Assembly: GCF_001194135.2 (NCBI RefSeq)
Contig: NC_068998.1
Coordinates: 23,647,180 to 23,711,179 of the forward strand
Direction: 5' to 3'
From: Octopus bimaculoides
Taxonomy: Eukaryota
Length of the DNA stretch: 64,000 nt
Below are positions 12,651-26,049 of the stretch, piece by piece; position 1 is the stretch's first letter, and each line of letters starts with the position of its first letter. The translations under genes were made by a program, and so were the position numbers. Under the pieces are notes generated by a model. It worked only from the letters and a program-made list of their open reading frames with translations, had not been told where the DNA came from and searched no databases.

Positions 12651-15600
12651 AAAGTTATTGTCTTCCGAGGCTATCAGTGGCAGCACGATAGACGCAGAAT
12701 ACTGCCACAACATAATACTGCCACAACACAATACTGGTGACAATGATATAGGAGTGAACGAGGATCCACGTTATAGCACATGTGTGTGTGAGTGTGTGTA
12801 TGTGTACGTGCGCGCAAGACAAATCTGTATAAAATATCAAATTATACGGCTGATTTTCTCAAGTTAAAATTCACGTTATACGTAATAAATCGCTGATGGT
12901 CAACAAACAATATCCAGGTACGTGTAATAGTAATTACACGGCCTATAAATACCTAAATTTACATGTTACAAAAGCATCGTCAAGTTTCCATAAAACTGAG
13001 TTTATCATCAAAGTAATTTTCATACAAATTTGAAGAAAATAAATGTTACCTAATATTACACTTCATATTGACATCGATGGATAATCTATATTTCCTCAAT
13101 AAAAAATTCACCCTGAAAATCCCATAAATTTTTTGTGCCACATAACAACTAGACGTTTCTAAAAGAAGGAAGGAACTATCAAATATGATTTTCTGCTCAT
13201 TAATTGTAAGCCTGCGGTTAGGCAATGTCAAAACACACCAGTAGAAATGCTGTTCAATATTCCAATATTTTTCTTTCAGTCGTTGTATATGTGTGTGTGT
13301 CTGTGCGTGTGTGTTTGTGTGCATTCGTATTCATGTGTGCGTGTGTGTTTGTGTGTGCGTGTGTGTGTGTGCGTGTGTGTGTGTTCGCGCGCGCGCGTAT
13401 GTATATATGTATGTAGTTTGCATGTATATATAGTTTGCATGTATATATTGCACTTCTGCTCTAGTTTAAACTTGGTCCAGTACACAATCGCGGAACGAAT
13501 TTTGATTATGTATCAGAACCATTTCCTATACACCTAGGATTTGGTTTTACTTGGAGTGGTTCCTTTTCAAGTCAGCATGTACGACGAGTTACCTCGTAGG
13601 CTGTTACTTTGCTGTACCAGCAGATGCTTTTCTATGAAGAAACGCAAGCAGTTTTGATCGTCGTGTCAACGGATTATGGTCCGGTGAGCTAGTGATTAAG
13701 CAAATATGTAATGTATTAATTCTTATTCAGTCTGTTGTATATTAAATTACCTCTATTACAGCATTGATTATTTATTTATTTCTGTGCAGTGCACTGAGTC
13801 AGATATTCAAAATATGATAACTAGAAAATGCATGATGCAAGACATGGATGTTTATTTACTTAATATACTAAACGTTTTTATTCCACGCTGCCACTATTCG
13901 ATGGTCACATTAAATAAATGTAAAATATAGTCCTATGCGTTCTAAATTTTGGGTCGATTTTTCATTTGCTATTTCAAGGTGACTAAGAAGCAAATCATTT
14001 CCATAAATGTTTCCTGAGCGCAACATAGCATTCGGGGTGTTAGTCAACATTTTATCTTATATCTTTGCGTAAGTATTACTATGAGTTTAGAGAGATGAAT
14101 AGTAGCAAGTTTTAATTCTGTTTCAATTATAAAATTAAATAGTTTGTAAGAAACTTATTTTAGATATTCAAGCCTTAATAATATTCTAAAATGGTGAACG
14201 AAAGAGAAAACGTGAACAAGTGCAAACCATACTCACATACGCAGTAACATATTCACTCAGTCATGTACAAGAAATGGCTTACTTGAATATAAATAAATGT
14301 AATTGTTTGATAGGACATAAGAGTACTGGTAAAAAAAAAAAAGAAGTACATTCATTTTTAATTTCATAGATCAGACAAAACAAACGCATGAATATATCAT
14401 AAAGATTTTTAAAAATGCAGAAACATGAGTATATTTAAAACCTTAATACTGAATAGCGAAAATATATATTTGGTAAAATCTCGGACAAATCTTTAAATGG
14501 AGTTTTGTTTCAGATGAGAATGACTCTTAGCTATGGGATTACACTAAAATAATAAATGTAAAAATAATCAATTCATTAACAAAGATATAATTAGATAAGA
14601 ATGATATAATTTTCCCACAGGGTTACCTCAGCAAATAATCAAAACTTTTAGCATTTTACTCAGCAATCGATAGACAATTCTAAATCAATAAGTAGGTTAT
14701 AAGTAAATTATGAAATTTCGTAATATATGTGTGCTAGTGTAGGTATGCTGGTATGTAAGTATATATTACGAACTATATGTAAATATATATACGCTGTGTG
14801 CCTGCGTGTGTGCTTAAATGCTTATACATCTATGTCAACGAATACGTTAATATGGAAACGGAAAATAAAAATACGCAAGAGCGTAAATACTTTCTGAATA
14901 TAAGAAATTGAAATGAAAAGTAGAAAAACTTGAATGGAAAATCAGAAGATCAATGATGTGCAGTTATCTCAAAGGATGTTTGGGGAAAGAACTGAAACAA
15001 ACGCTAAAATAAATATTATCAATAAATTATCAGAAAGTCTTTGACAGATTCCTTTAGTTATAGATTGCAATATATCTTAAACTGACAAATGCAACACACA
15101 ATCATTGCTGATGTATAAAAAATGAAGATTTATAAAGTGTATACTTGAAAAATTGCTGACAATTTTTTCAATGCACATTCATTATTTTCACTCTGGCTAT
15201 ACTATGGACAGTACTGACTTATCTACACACAAATAGAAAGTGTCAAACCTTCTATGAAGCAATATCATATATATTTCATCTAGATTTAATATGTGTGTTT
15301 TTCTTTTTTTTTCTGTTTGGAAGGAGAGGTTCATCGACTAACTCCAAGCAAAATAAACAAGCATTATATACCCATACATATGCAATTACATCATTCGTGC
15401 TCATTCATCAAAGACTTAATGAACATTTTTTTTTTCTTTTTCAGAACTAAATAATGTTCGACGTTTCTCAACGAGAAACTATAAAAATCATGCATCGAAT
15501 TACATTGAAACGCTATGTATTTTTTACTAAATGACAGTTATTAATTTGACGTTACTTATATTTATTTCTCTTGGAAAGCTAAGTGACCTGCATATTTTGC

Positions 15601-17717
15601 GTTCGAAACTGTTTACAGGTACTGAAAATAAACATGCAAATAATTGAATGAGGTCTCGTTGTACACAGTGCAAAGGACGATGTTTTTAAGTTCACAAATT
15701 GATTAAAATATATTTATTAACTTTTGATGACGGCCTTATGTCAATTATCTCCGCGAGTCATGTGTGCTCAGTGAGATGGAAGTATTAGCTTTGGAGCAAT
15801 GCTCTGAATTTAATCATACTGAATTATAAAAAGCGTATAATGGAAACATTACGTATTTTGTTTTAATCAAAACCGTTTAGGGTCTGTATTTTGGCCAAAA
15901 TAATGCCAAATAACAGATTATTCTGAACGTTCCATACAATATGCCAATGTGTTGAAAATAGTGCACATCGAAGATGAAAATGCAAGACAACCTTGGAGTA
16001 ATATTTCAATTACAATAATCAGAAGAAATGATAATTAGAACGAAACTCAATCAAAATATCGGCCGCTATACCATTATTCAATTACTGCAAACATGTCATT
16101 GTGTTTGTGCGATATGTATGAAACCTTGATAAATATATTAGAAAGAATATGTGAATGAAAGTCATCTGCACTAATATGCATATGCAGAATTGTACTGATG
16201 TGTGAACGAGAGCAAAACAGAATGTTGACTACTCCTTTTCTGTATGTTACATTTTAGTGAGAAAAACCTATTATATGGATAAACGGAATGAGAAAACCAT
16301 TCATTACTGTTTTGCATCGTTTATTTTATTTATTTATTTTGTTTTTTGTTTGTTTGTTTTTTGAGACATACAATATTACTCTTGAGAACTTGAAGGACAA
16401 CGTTTTCAATTTCGGAACGTAGTGAATTATAAGGTATGAGCTGATGGTGAGTTGAAAGATATGTTTACATAATTGTAAATAGTCATTAAGACAAAAATAA
16501 AACCTGTAAGAAGACATTCGTTGAAATCACACCCTATGAGAAAAGAGGATAGCACGCAAACCAGCAGATGTTTCATTTTCCATTTAGTACAATGAGAAAA
16601 TTCAAACAAGAGCTAATTAACCAGCATTTGTGAATAAAAACGTACATTTTAATAGTAATAACTAAAAATTCAGACACTTCTAAACAACGTAACATAGGTC
16701 TATAAAGTGCATGCACATCTTGGTAGGATACTGAAAAGATTTGTAGATACGATAACTGATATATATATATCAATATTAGACTACTAAAATTTGATTGAGG
16801 AATAGAAGTGCATCAAATAAAACATTGATATCGCAAAAGTTTTACTCTTATTTTGTTACAACTTTGGTATAAATCTGAAAACATATGGGGCGGTACACCT
16901 ACGCTTTACTGCGATGGTTAAACCAAAATAAACATCCAAATAGTAAAACCGGTAATGCTGATTCTGTTGTGTGCCATTTGTAATTTAAATGTGATGGAAT
17001 ATTCGTCGCTGCGCCGAAACTAATACTAGCTTTGTTTATACATACTCACGCATACAAGAAACCACTCATAGACTTATGCATACGTGAACTCCAGCTATAT
17101 TACTCTGTTAAGTATAATGTACTTTAAATCGCATGACGGTATACATTTTCTATCAAATCACACTATTTTTAACAGCATCTCCTCGTTTACACATACGCTT
17201 ATCTATTTTTATTCAAATTAACGTAAGGAGAGACGAGGGCGTTTTCACTCATAGTGAAATATATGTACAACTTTACATACAGGCTAATATTATCGAGCAA
17301 TTATACGTAAAGATACCAAAACAACCACTCGGACTTTTCACAAATACGCACATTAACATACAAGCTCAAACATACAAGCTCAAAAATGTGTATAGTCTAA
17401 ATCACGCATAAATAGACTGCATTAACACGAAAATCACGCAGATCTCTCATGTCCACTTAACTAGATACTCAATAATACACACACATTCTAACACTACTGT
17501 GCGTATACATAACAGGTCACATACACAGCCACATATAAGATTTCACTCTTCAAATGTTTCCTTCCCCCTCTCTCTCACTCTACTCTATCTCTCTATCTCT
17601 CTATCTATCTATCTACCTGCCTACCTATCTGTCTATCTATCTATCTGTCTGTCATCTATCTATCTATCATCTATCTGTCTATCAATCTGTCTAACTGTCT
17701 TTCTGACTCTCTCTGTA

Positions 17718-17764
<47 letters not shown>

Positions 17765-18700
17765 NNNNNNNNNNNNNNNNNNNNNNNNNNNNNNNNNNNN
17801 NNNNNNNNNNNNNNNNNNNNNNNNNNNNNNNNNNNNNNNNNNNNNNNNNNNNNNNNNNNNNNNNNNNNNNNNNNNNNNNNNNNNNNNNNNNNNNNNNNNN
17901 NNNNNNNNNNNNNNNNNNNNNNNNNNNNNNNNNNNNNNNNNNNNNNNNNNNNNNNNNNNNNNNNNNNNNNNNNNNNNNNNNNNNNNNNNNNNNNNNNNNN
18001 NNNNNNNNNNNNNNNNNNNNNNNNNNNNNNNNNNNNNNNNNNNNNNNNNNNNNNNNNNNNNNNNNNNNNNNNNNNNNNNNNNNNNNNNNNNNNNNNNNNN
18101 NNNNNNNNNNNNNNNNNNNNNNNNNNNNNNNNNNNNNNNNNNNNNNNNNNNNNNNNNNNNNNNNNNNNNNNNNNNNNNNNNNNNNNNNNNNNNNNNNNNN
18201 NNNNNNNNNNNNNNNNNNNNNNNNNNNNNNNNNNNNNNNNNNNNNNNNNNNNNNNNNNNNNNNNNNNNNNNNNNNNNNNNNNNNNNNNNNNNNNNNNNNN
18301 NNNNNNNNNNNNNNNNNNNNNNNNNNNNNNNNNNNNNNNNNNNNNNNNNNNNNNNNNNNNNNNNNNNNNNNNNNNNNNNNNNNNNNNNNNNNNNNNNNNN
18401 NNNNNNNNNNNNNNNNNNNNNNNNNNNNNNNNNNNNNNNNNNNNNNNNNNNNNNNNNNNNNNNNNNNNNNNNNNNNNNNNNNNNNNNNNNNNNNNNNNNN
18501 NNNNNNNNNNNNNNNNNNNNNNNNNNNNNNNNNNNNNNNNNNNNNNNNNNNNNNNNNNNNNNNNNNNNNNNNNNNNNNNNNNNNNNNNNNNNNNNNNNNN
18601 NNNNNNNNNNNNNNNNNNNNNNNNNNNNNNNNNNNNNNNNNNNNNNNNNNNNNNNNNNNNNNNNNNNNNNNNNNNNNNNNNNNNNNNNNNNNNNNNNNNN
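17765..18700. other. Assembly gap (representative of ~14 N-runs, ~5 kb in total)
   Basis: N-runs are nearly always bounded by (TA)n, (CT)n or (ATT)n, as expected where short-read contigs break at microsatellites. Confidence 0.95.
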
Positions 18701-19347
18701 ATATATATATATATATATATATATAATTACGTGTGTATATTTATAGATATATACATACATATACTCACATTTCATATATATATCTATAGGGAAATATCTG
18801 ATGTTGCCTTTTGGCATTAACCACCACGTCAGACTTCACTGACAAATAGAGAACCTAGAACTCAAGAAGACGATTAGAATTTCTTTCAGCGTCTCTAATC
18901 TGCATCCGAACAATTGAGAGGGAGGTAGATATGTTTATTCACTCATGAATTATGAAGTGATATGTAGCTGAGTGAAAACTGTTACTAAATAAATCTACGT
19001 TCAAACTATGTGTTGGGTGCCAATTACTTTCGATTGTTCACCGCCTTAACAAGTCATGGCAGTGATACCTCCTGCCCTAGGTTGTTAAAGGTGACTGGTG
19101 TGGCGATCCTCACAAGGGTCTCGGCCGAATGTTGGGTTCAGCCCACATTCGATACCAGCAGTTCGACACGACTCCACGAGTCAGCAATACTTGCACACAG
19201 GACGTGTACAGGCAGTACACTTTCATGTGTTTGCGTGTATCTCAGACAGTCCAGGTCATAGCGCTTCCGTCGCGGTAGGGAGTAATGATAGAAATAACGA
19301 TGTCGAAGGTGGGGAAGATGGCCACAACAACAACAATAATAATAGTA

Positions 19348-19776
19348 ATCCTTTCTACTATAAGCAGAAAACCTGGGTCGAGACCATTTGATTTCCTTAA
19401 CCCCGGTGTGTAAGTGGTACTTAACTTTTCGACCCTGTAAAGATGAAAGGCAAAGTTGACATTGGCAGAATTTTAACTCTGAATGTCAAAGTGATCGAAA
19501 TGCCACGAAGCATTTCGCCCGGTGTGCTAATGATTCTGCTTGTTGGCCACCTTAATAATGATAATCCTTTCCACAATGGGCACAAGGCCTGAAATTGTGG
19601 GGGAGGGTGGTGGTCGATTACATTGACCTCAGTGCGTAACTGGTACTTAATGTATTGACCGCGAAAGGATGAAAGCAAAGTCGACCGCGGCGAAATTTGA
19701 ACTAAGAACCTAGCGGCGGGCGAGAAACCACTAAATATTTCGTTCAGCGTGCTAACGATTTTGCCAACTCTCTGAC

Positions 19777-19778
<2 letters not shown>
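19348..19778 (+). mobile_element. Two tandem copies of SINE-like family 2
   Basis: Both ~210 bp units carry ctggtacttaa..tcgacc..aaggatgaaaggcaaagt(t/c)gac..ggc.gaattt(t/g)aact..gaa...gtgctaa(t/c)gatt and end in TAA-like repeats. Confidence 0.85.
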
Positions 19779-19853
<75 letters not shown>

Positions 19854-19854
<1 letters not shown>

Positions 19855-20288
19855 TCACGGCCTACTAAGAGTAAAACTTGGTATGAGAAAATCCCAGAGA
19901 GTGTCACCGAAAATGTGAATTGCAAAATCATGTGGAATGTAATGATCCAGTGTGATCACCTGACCAGACATAGGAAATCGGATGTGTCGTGAAGTAAAAA
20001 GAAAAAGCGTGTATGATAATCAATATAGCAAGCCCCGGTGACAACATGATCAATGTGAAAGAAGAAAGAGAAATCAACAACTATGACGATTTAAGGTGGG
20101 AAATACGAAGGTTGCCTATGAATAAAGAGAATAGACATGATACCAATAGTAATTGGTGTACTTGGAAATACCAGCACTCAAATACCAACATGGCAGAAAA
20201 AGCTTGGTGCAAGTGTGAAGGTAAAACACCTACAAAAATTAGCTGACACTTTCCATAATATCCAGCAAAATAAGCTGTGAGTTTTCAT
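19854..20288 (+). mobile_element. 5'-truncated RLE non-LTR retrotransposon (R4/Dong-like), lineage B
   Basis: KTWYEKIPESVTENVNCKIMWNVMIQCDHL...; IINIASPGDNMINVKEEREINNYDDLRWEIRRL; DMIPIVIGVLG..KVKHLQK. 3' end aaataagctgtgagttttcat is shared with 53451 and 55370. Starts directly after (TAA)n 19779-19853. Confidence 0.8.
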
Positions 20289-21179
20289 GCGATAATGATA
20301 ATAAGAGAGAAAATGACGGAGAGAAAGGAGTAAAAGGAATAAGAAGGATAAGGTTGGATAAAAGTAGTAATTTCTTAAAAATAAGGAAAATGAAATACTG
20401 AAATAATTCATAGATACCAAAGAAAAGAAAATGGTTAAATAATTAATAAGATATAAACAAAATAAATTTGGAAAATGCTGAAAGGAGACTAACCTCTGAT
20501 GTGTACTAGATTGCTAAAAGGGTTCTTTAGATGATCTGCGGTTAGATATCTTCTCTGCTCATGAAAATGAAAATGAATGGGACGTATAGTGTTATAACAC
20601 TCTCAGAATAACATTGACACCGATATAGAAGCGCCTAAATATTTAACTGCCAAGTTATTCGGGCAGCTTCTTTAAAAATCTTCTCTTTCATTCAACGACC
20701 TGGAATGAAATTTGAAGCTTTCACAAAATCCGAGTTGAATGACATCTGTAACACCCTTGTCCGAAGAGCATGGCCTTACTCAGAGTAATGACTATGCATG
20801 TTAAGCGATATCAACGTTCAGGAAGTTACCAAAGTCGCCAGTTAGATATGTAGCTGCATGATTTCCCCGACCCGCTCCTTACTATTGATTACCTTTGGCA
20901 ACAAAATACACTAATCTCTTATTCAGCTATGATTGGCGGAGGTGGAGAGACTTGGATATCAGAGTACAGAGGTTCTTCAGGGACATGGCAGCGCAATCAG
21001 TGTTCGTAAGGTGATCAAAAGAGACGAGGATTCTTTCAAACTAATAGTTTTCTATGCTCTAGTGTTTAGTGAGGTCAGATTTCTTCAGATGTCTAGAAAT
21101 CTTCCTGGGAACATCCCACGCTTTAGTAGTAGTGACTGGTTGATGTTTTCTTCATCAAAAATCAGAAAGAGAGAGAGAA

Positions 21180-21218
<39 letters not shown>

Positions 21219-21244
21219 AAGAAAGAGAAAGAAAGAGAAAGAAA

Positions 21245-21278
<34 letters not shown>

Positions 21279-21699
21279 TCTAAATGGCGAACAACAAAAA
21301 TGTCAAAAAACATTTCATTCATATAATTTTACTAGAACATTTTGAGAGAGGCGGTACTGGGATGAATGACACCACACATTCAACGTCACGAAGTCCACAT
21401 ACAAAAATATTGTCGAATGTATGTATGGATCATATGGTGTAGGTCCTCTATGGCACTTTATTTGCGAAGTTGTTTGTACGTTTATGCTGTGTCAACGTAG
21501 ATAGGTGCATATGTAAGTCCGTTTGAATGTATATGTTTGATTGTTATAAATTTGAAGCATATAAGTGCGTGTCTTATTACTAGGTAAATCTATATATGAT
21601 CGTTGTATGGTGCAAATGTATAAACAGAAGCTTCATCATTGAAAACAATAGATATATGGGTTATAAGTGTTACTTAAATATACACTCGGACACATACAG

Positions 21700-22475
21700 C
21701 CGGAATCAAACAACTTTCAGGAACACATGACGGGTGCCGATACCTATTACCTCGACGATGACATGCCTCCAATTCGGGCTGTCCTTGGCGATTATCTCCT
21801 AGGAATTTGGCGCAATAGATCAGCGTGGAAGGAAATGGAATTTGAGAACTCTTGATGGTCTGGTACCTGCGGGCAAATCTGCAGAGAGGATATGACGGAG
21901 GAGGCGCATTTGAGGTATATCTATGACGTATACTGACTAGCGGAAGCAGTGTTGTGTCTCAGCGCGGCTTCGCTACTGGACAATCCGGATTAAGGAAGAA
22001 TCTTTTCTTCTCATCATTGCGCGAATTGGTTCTGTTGCGTACTTTCTATTTTCTTCAAGTCCCATCGTTACAATACCAATGTCTCACAGTGGTAAAGGAG
22101 TGTGGAAGGGACGACAGCTCGGAATACCATGACTATCCTTTAGATGGTGAGGTCATGGTTTAAAAGACTCATTTGATTGCCTTACGAAAGCAGTATAGGC
22201 TGCGCTGATCCTATTCCCGATGACTTTTTGAAGGGTGGAATCGCTGGAGAGGTAGCTTCCAAGGTATAAAAACGTCTCCGTGACTCCCTGGACAGTGCTA
22301 TGTAGCTTTGGTGTCGGTGGGGAGGTTAACAAGGATCTGTGTCCCCATTGCGTTTTCTTCAAGACTAAAGTGCGTATGCAATTTTTCGAACAGGTTTGCA
22401 TCCTCTTCACAGCCGGAGGCCAATTGTGCAAGGATGTCGTTGTAATCAGCATAATGCAGTTCCAGCACTTTTTCT
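21700..22475 (-). mobile_element. RTE-clade LINE reverse transcriptase fragment (degenerate)
   Basis: ELHYADY (YADD-like) near 22460, then ETFLYLGSYLSSDSTLQKVIGNRISAAYTAF, which fits the RTE RT C-terminal pattern F.YLGS.LS.D....EI.NRI..A..AF. Many stops. Confidence 0.7.
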
Positions 22476-23756
22476 AATGTGCATGATATGCAAATATATA
22501 TATATATATATATATANNNNNNNNNNNNNNNNNNNNNNNNNNNNNNNNNNNNNNNNNNNNNNNNNNNNNNNNNNNNNNNNNNNNNNNNNNNNNNNNNNNN
22601 NNNNNNNNNNNNNNNNNNNNNNNNNNNNNNNNNNNNNNNNNNNNNNNNNNNNNNNNNNNNNNNNNNNNNNNNNNNNNNNNNNNNNNNNNNNNNNNNNNNN
22701 NNNNNNNNNNNNNNNNNNNNNNNNNNNNNNNNNNNNNNNNNNNNNNNNNNNNNNNNNNNNNNNNNNNNNNNNNNNNNNNNNNNNNNNNNNNNNNNNNNNN
22801 NNNNNNNNNNNNNNNNNNNNNNNNNNNNNNNNNNNNNNNNNNNNNNNNNNNNNNNNNNNNNNNNNNNNNNNNNNNNNNNNNNNNNNNNNNNNNNNNNNNN
22901 NNNNNNNNNNNNNNNNNNNNNNNNNNNNNNNNNNNNNNNNNNNNNNNNNNNNNNNNNNNNNNNNNNNNNNNNNNNNNNNNNNNNNNNNNNNNNNNNNNNN
23001 NNNNNNNNNNNNNNNNNNNNNNNNNNNNNNNNNNNNNNNNNNNNNNNNNNNNNNNNNNNNNNNNNNNNNNNNNNNNNNNNNNNNNNNNNNNNNNNNNNNN
23101 NNNNNNNNNNNNNNNNNNNNNNNNNNNNNNNNNNNNNNNNNNNNNNNNNNNNNNNNNNNNNNNNNNNNNNNNNNNNNNNNNNNNNNNNNNNNNNNNNNNN
23201 NNNNNNNNNNNNNNNNNNNNNNNNNNNNNNNNNNNNNNNNNNNNNNNNNNNNNNNNNNNNNNNNNNNNNNNNNNNNNNNNNNNNNNNNNNNNNNNNTATA
23301 TATATATATATATATCACTTAAATCCGTTGGTGTGAAAGGTTTTCGAGTGCGCTCATAAAACTGATATGCTGTTTATTCTACTTACCAATTATTCTTCCC
23401 ATCTTCCAAAGTAAATTTATGGGAAGGTTATTAGTCTAGTGCCGGTATGCCATAATATGAATATATTAACGAAAACTTTGATGTCTTGTTACAAGACTGA
23501 ACATTGCATCATTAGGCTTCGGTCATCGTCTTATATGGATCTTGGGGCATAAAAGTACTGACACAAACCTTCGCATTCCCTACGAACAATTTCTGTTCTT
23601 TCATGCACCAAGCATCCATATAAGAGGATCTTTCATGGTTAAAAACGCAGTATTTAGTTATCTAACAAGGCATCCTGGTTTACTTGGGTACAAGGATTAA
23701 ATTTTGGTATAAATACTTCTCGCATCTCATATATACATATGTGTGTGTATATATAT

Positions 23757-24108
23757 ACTCTCTTTTTTACTTATTTCAGTCATTTGACTGCGGCCATGCT
23801 GGAGCACCGCCTTTAGTCGAGCAAATCGACCCCAGGACTTATTATTTGTAAGCCTAATACTTATTCTATCGGATTATATTTGCCGAACCGCTAAGTTACG
23901 GGGACGTAAACACACCAGCATCAATTGTCAAGCGATGGTGGGGGACAAACACAGACACACAAACACACACACACGCACATATATATATATATGGTCGGCC
24001 CGAGGGTATAGTAGACGACACTTGCCCAAGCTGCCATGCAGTGTGACTGAACCCGGAATCATGTGGTTGGTAAGCAAGCTACTTACCACACAACCAATCC
24101 TGCGCCTA
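23757..24108 (-). mobile_element. SINE family 1, near full length
   Basis: Reverse complement of the tRNA-like head (ggcgcagg..gtgtggtaagtagcttgcttacc..ccgggttcagtc), CORE-like cttgggcaagtgtc, internal CA/TA tract and the 3' body. Confidence 0.9.
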
Positions 24109-24111
24109 TAT

Positions 24112-24129
24112 AGATAGATAAATAAATAT

Positions 24130-24183
<54 letters not shown>

Positions 24184-24198
24184 TGATAGATAGATAGT

Positions 24199-24263
<65 letters not shown>

Positions 24264-24278
24264 GGATAGATAGATAAA
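24112..24278. repeat. (GATA)n tetranucleotide microsatellite between two divergent SINEs
   Basis: Read directly. Similar (TCTA)n at ~17585-17700. Confidence 0.95.
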
Positions 24279-24280
24279 TA

Positions 24281-24653
24281 TAGGCGCAAGTATGGTTGTG
24301 GGGGTAGGAAGCTTTCTTCTCAACGACATGGTTCTCGGTTTACCCTCACTGTGTGACACCTTGGTCGAGTGCCTTACACTATATCTTCGGGCCGACCCAA
24401 ACCTTGTGAGTTGACTTGGTAGACGGAAACTGAAAGGAGATCGTGGTATATATGCATATATATGTATATATATGTATATATATNNNNNNNNNNNNNNNNN
24501 NNNNNNNNNNNNNNNNNNNNNNNNNNNNNNNNNNNNNNNNNNNNNNNNNNNNNNNNNNNNNNNNNNNNNNNNNNNNNNNNNNNNNNNNNNNNNNNNNNNN
24601 NNNNNNNNNNNNNNNNNNNNNNNNNNNNNNNNNNNNNNNNNNNNNNNNNNNNN

Positions 24654-24694
<41 letters not shown>

Positions 24695-24945
24695 GAGAGA
24701 GAGAGAGAGAGAGAGATATGTACTAATGTATGTATGTACCTTTGTCCCTCCGCCATCGTATGACAGCCGATGCTAGTGTGTTTCTGTCCATAACTTAGCG
24801 TTTCGACAAAGAGGGACAGATAGAACAAGTACTACGTTTAAAGAGAATAAATCCTGTGGTTGATATCGTCGACTAAATCCCTTCAAGGCGGTGTTCAAAC
24901 ATTGCCGCAGTCAAATGACTGAAATAAGGAAAAGAATAAAAGAAT
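24281..24945 (+). mobile_element. SINE family 1, diverged full-length copy with an internal microsatellite and N-gap
   Basis: Head taggcgcaagtatggttgtgg...; ttgtgagttgacttggtagacggaaactgaaagg; 3' body ending cgcagtcaaatgactgaaataaggaaaagaataaaagaata. Confidence 0.85.
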
Positions 24946-26049
24946 ATATGTGCTTGTGAGTGTGTGTGTCTATGTGCGTGCGTGTATGTGTGTGCGCGCG
25001 TGCGTATGTGTCCGGATGTTCGTATGTGCACGCGTGCGTGCGTCTAAGTGTGTATGTTTGTATTGTGCGTGTGTGTGTATTTGAATAATTCCAGCATGAG
25101 AAAGCTATCCACACGTCAGAAAATATAGTATTTGCTATTCTAATGCGATGAGTAACCAGCACTTAGTGGTTATGATAGATGGATTCATGTATGTAGTTGA
25201 TGAAGTGTAACGACGCAGAAATACATGAATTCTATTGTCTAGTGAATGATGTCTGGTGAATGACGCTCTGATGTGTTTCAATCCATGTTGTCTGTATGAA
25301 GAATTTTTTTCTCTCTATGTAATTTTGCAGCGTATCTCAAACCAGCAGTTTATAAATGTACATAAAAATATAACAATAAATATATATATAAACATTTATG
25401 TGTGTGTCTATGTGTGTCTATGAATGCATGTATTTATGCAGTCAGTTACACATACAAACGCATATAATGCATTAGATTTTAGATATATATGAATGTTTGT
25501 TATACACATTCTTCATTATTGATTGTAATTCTCATATTTTTAATAAGGTTGAGTCGCTTTGTTCTTCGTCGTCTTGTCGCTCTATGGTGGCAACCTTACT
25601 GATTAATTTAAATATAATTACATAAAATTCATACTAAAATACAAGAAAATGAAATGCAAAAATCTACATCCTGTTCTTCGCCTTCCTTTTGTCATGACTT
25701 ACAATTTGTAATTAGTTGTTTTCCAATGTTTCTCTAAAAAAATTTGTTAAATAGATTTTTTTGAGATGTAAGGAAAGTTCAAGAATATTTTAGAAAAATC
25801 ATGGCTGTGTTTCTACTTGTAGATACGTTGCATTAATAAGCTAGATTGAAATTGAAATTTGTCATTACATGTGTTGTAACAAAGATATGATGTCAGTTGA
25901 TCACACTGTCCGAAGGAACGTTAAGGAGCGGTTGGAGGAGCGTTAAGTGCTTCGTTCCATATATTGTATATTGTGTGTATTATACTCGCTCAAGTTTTAA
26001 CGGGAATATTACACCCATCAAAAAGCGCTCGTTTCTGGAGTGTTATCAA

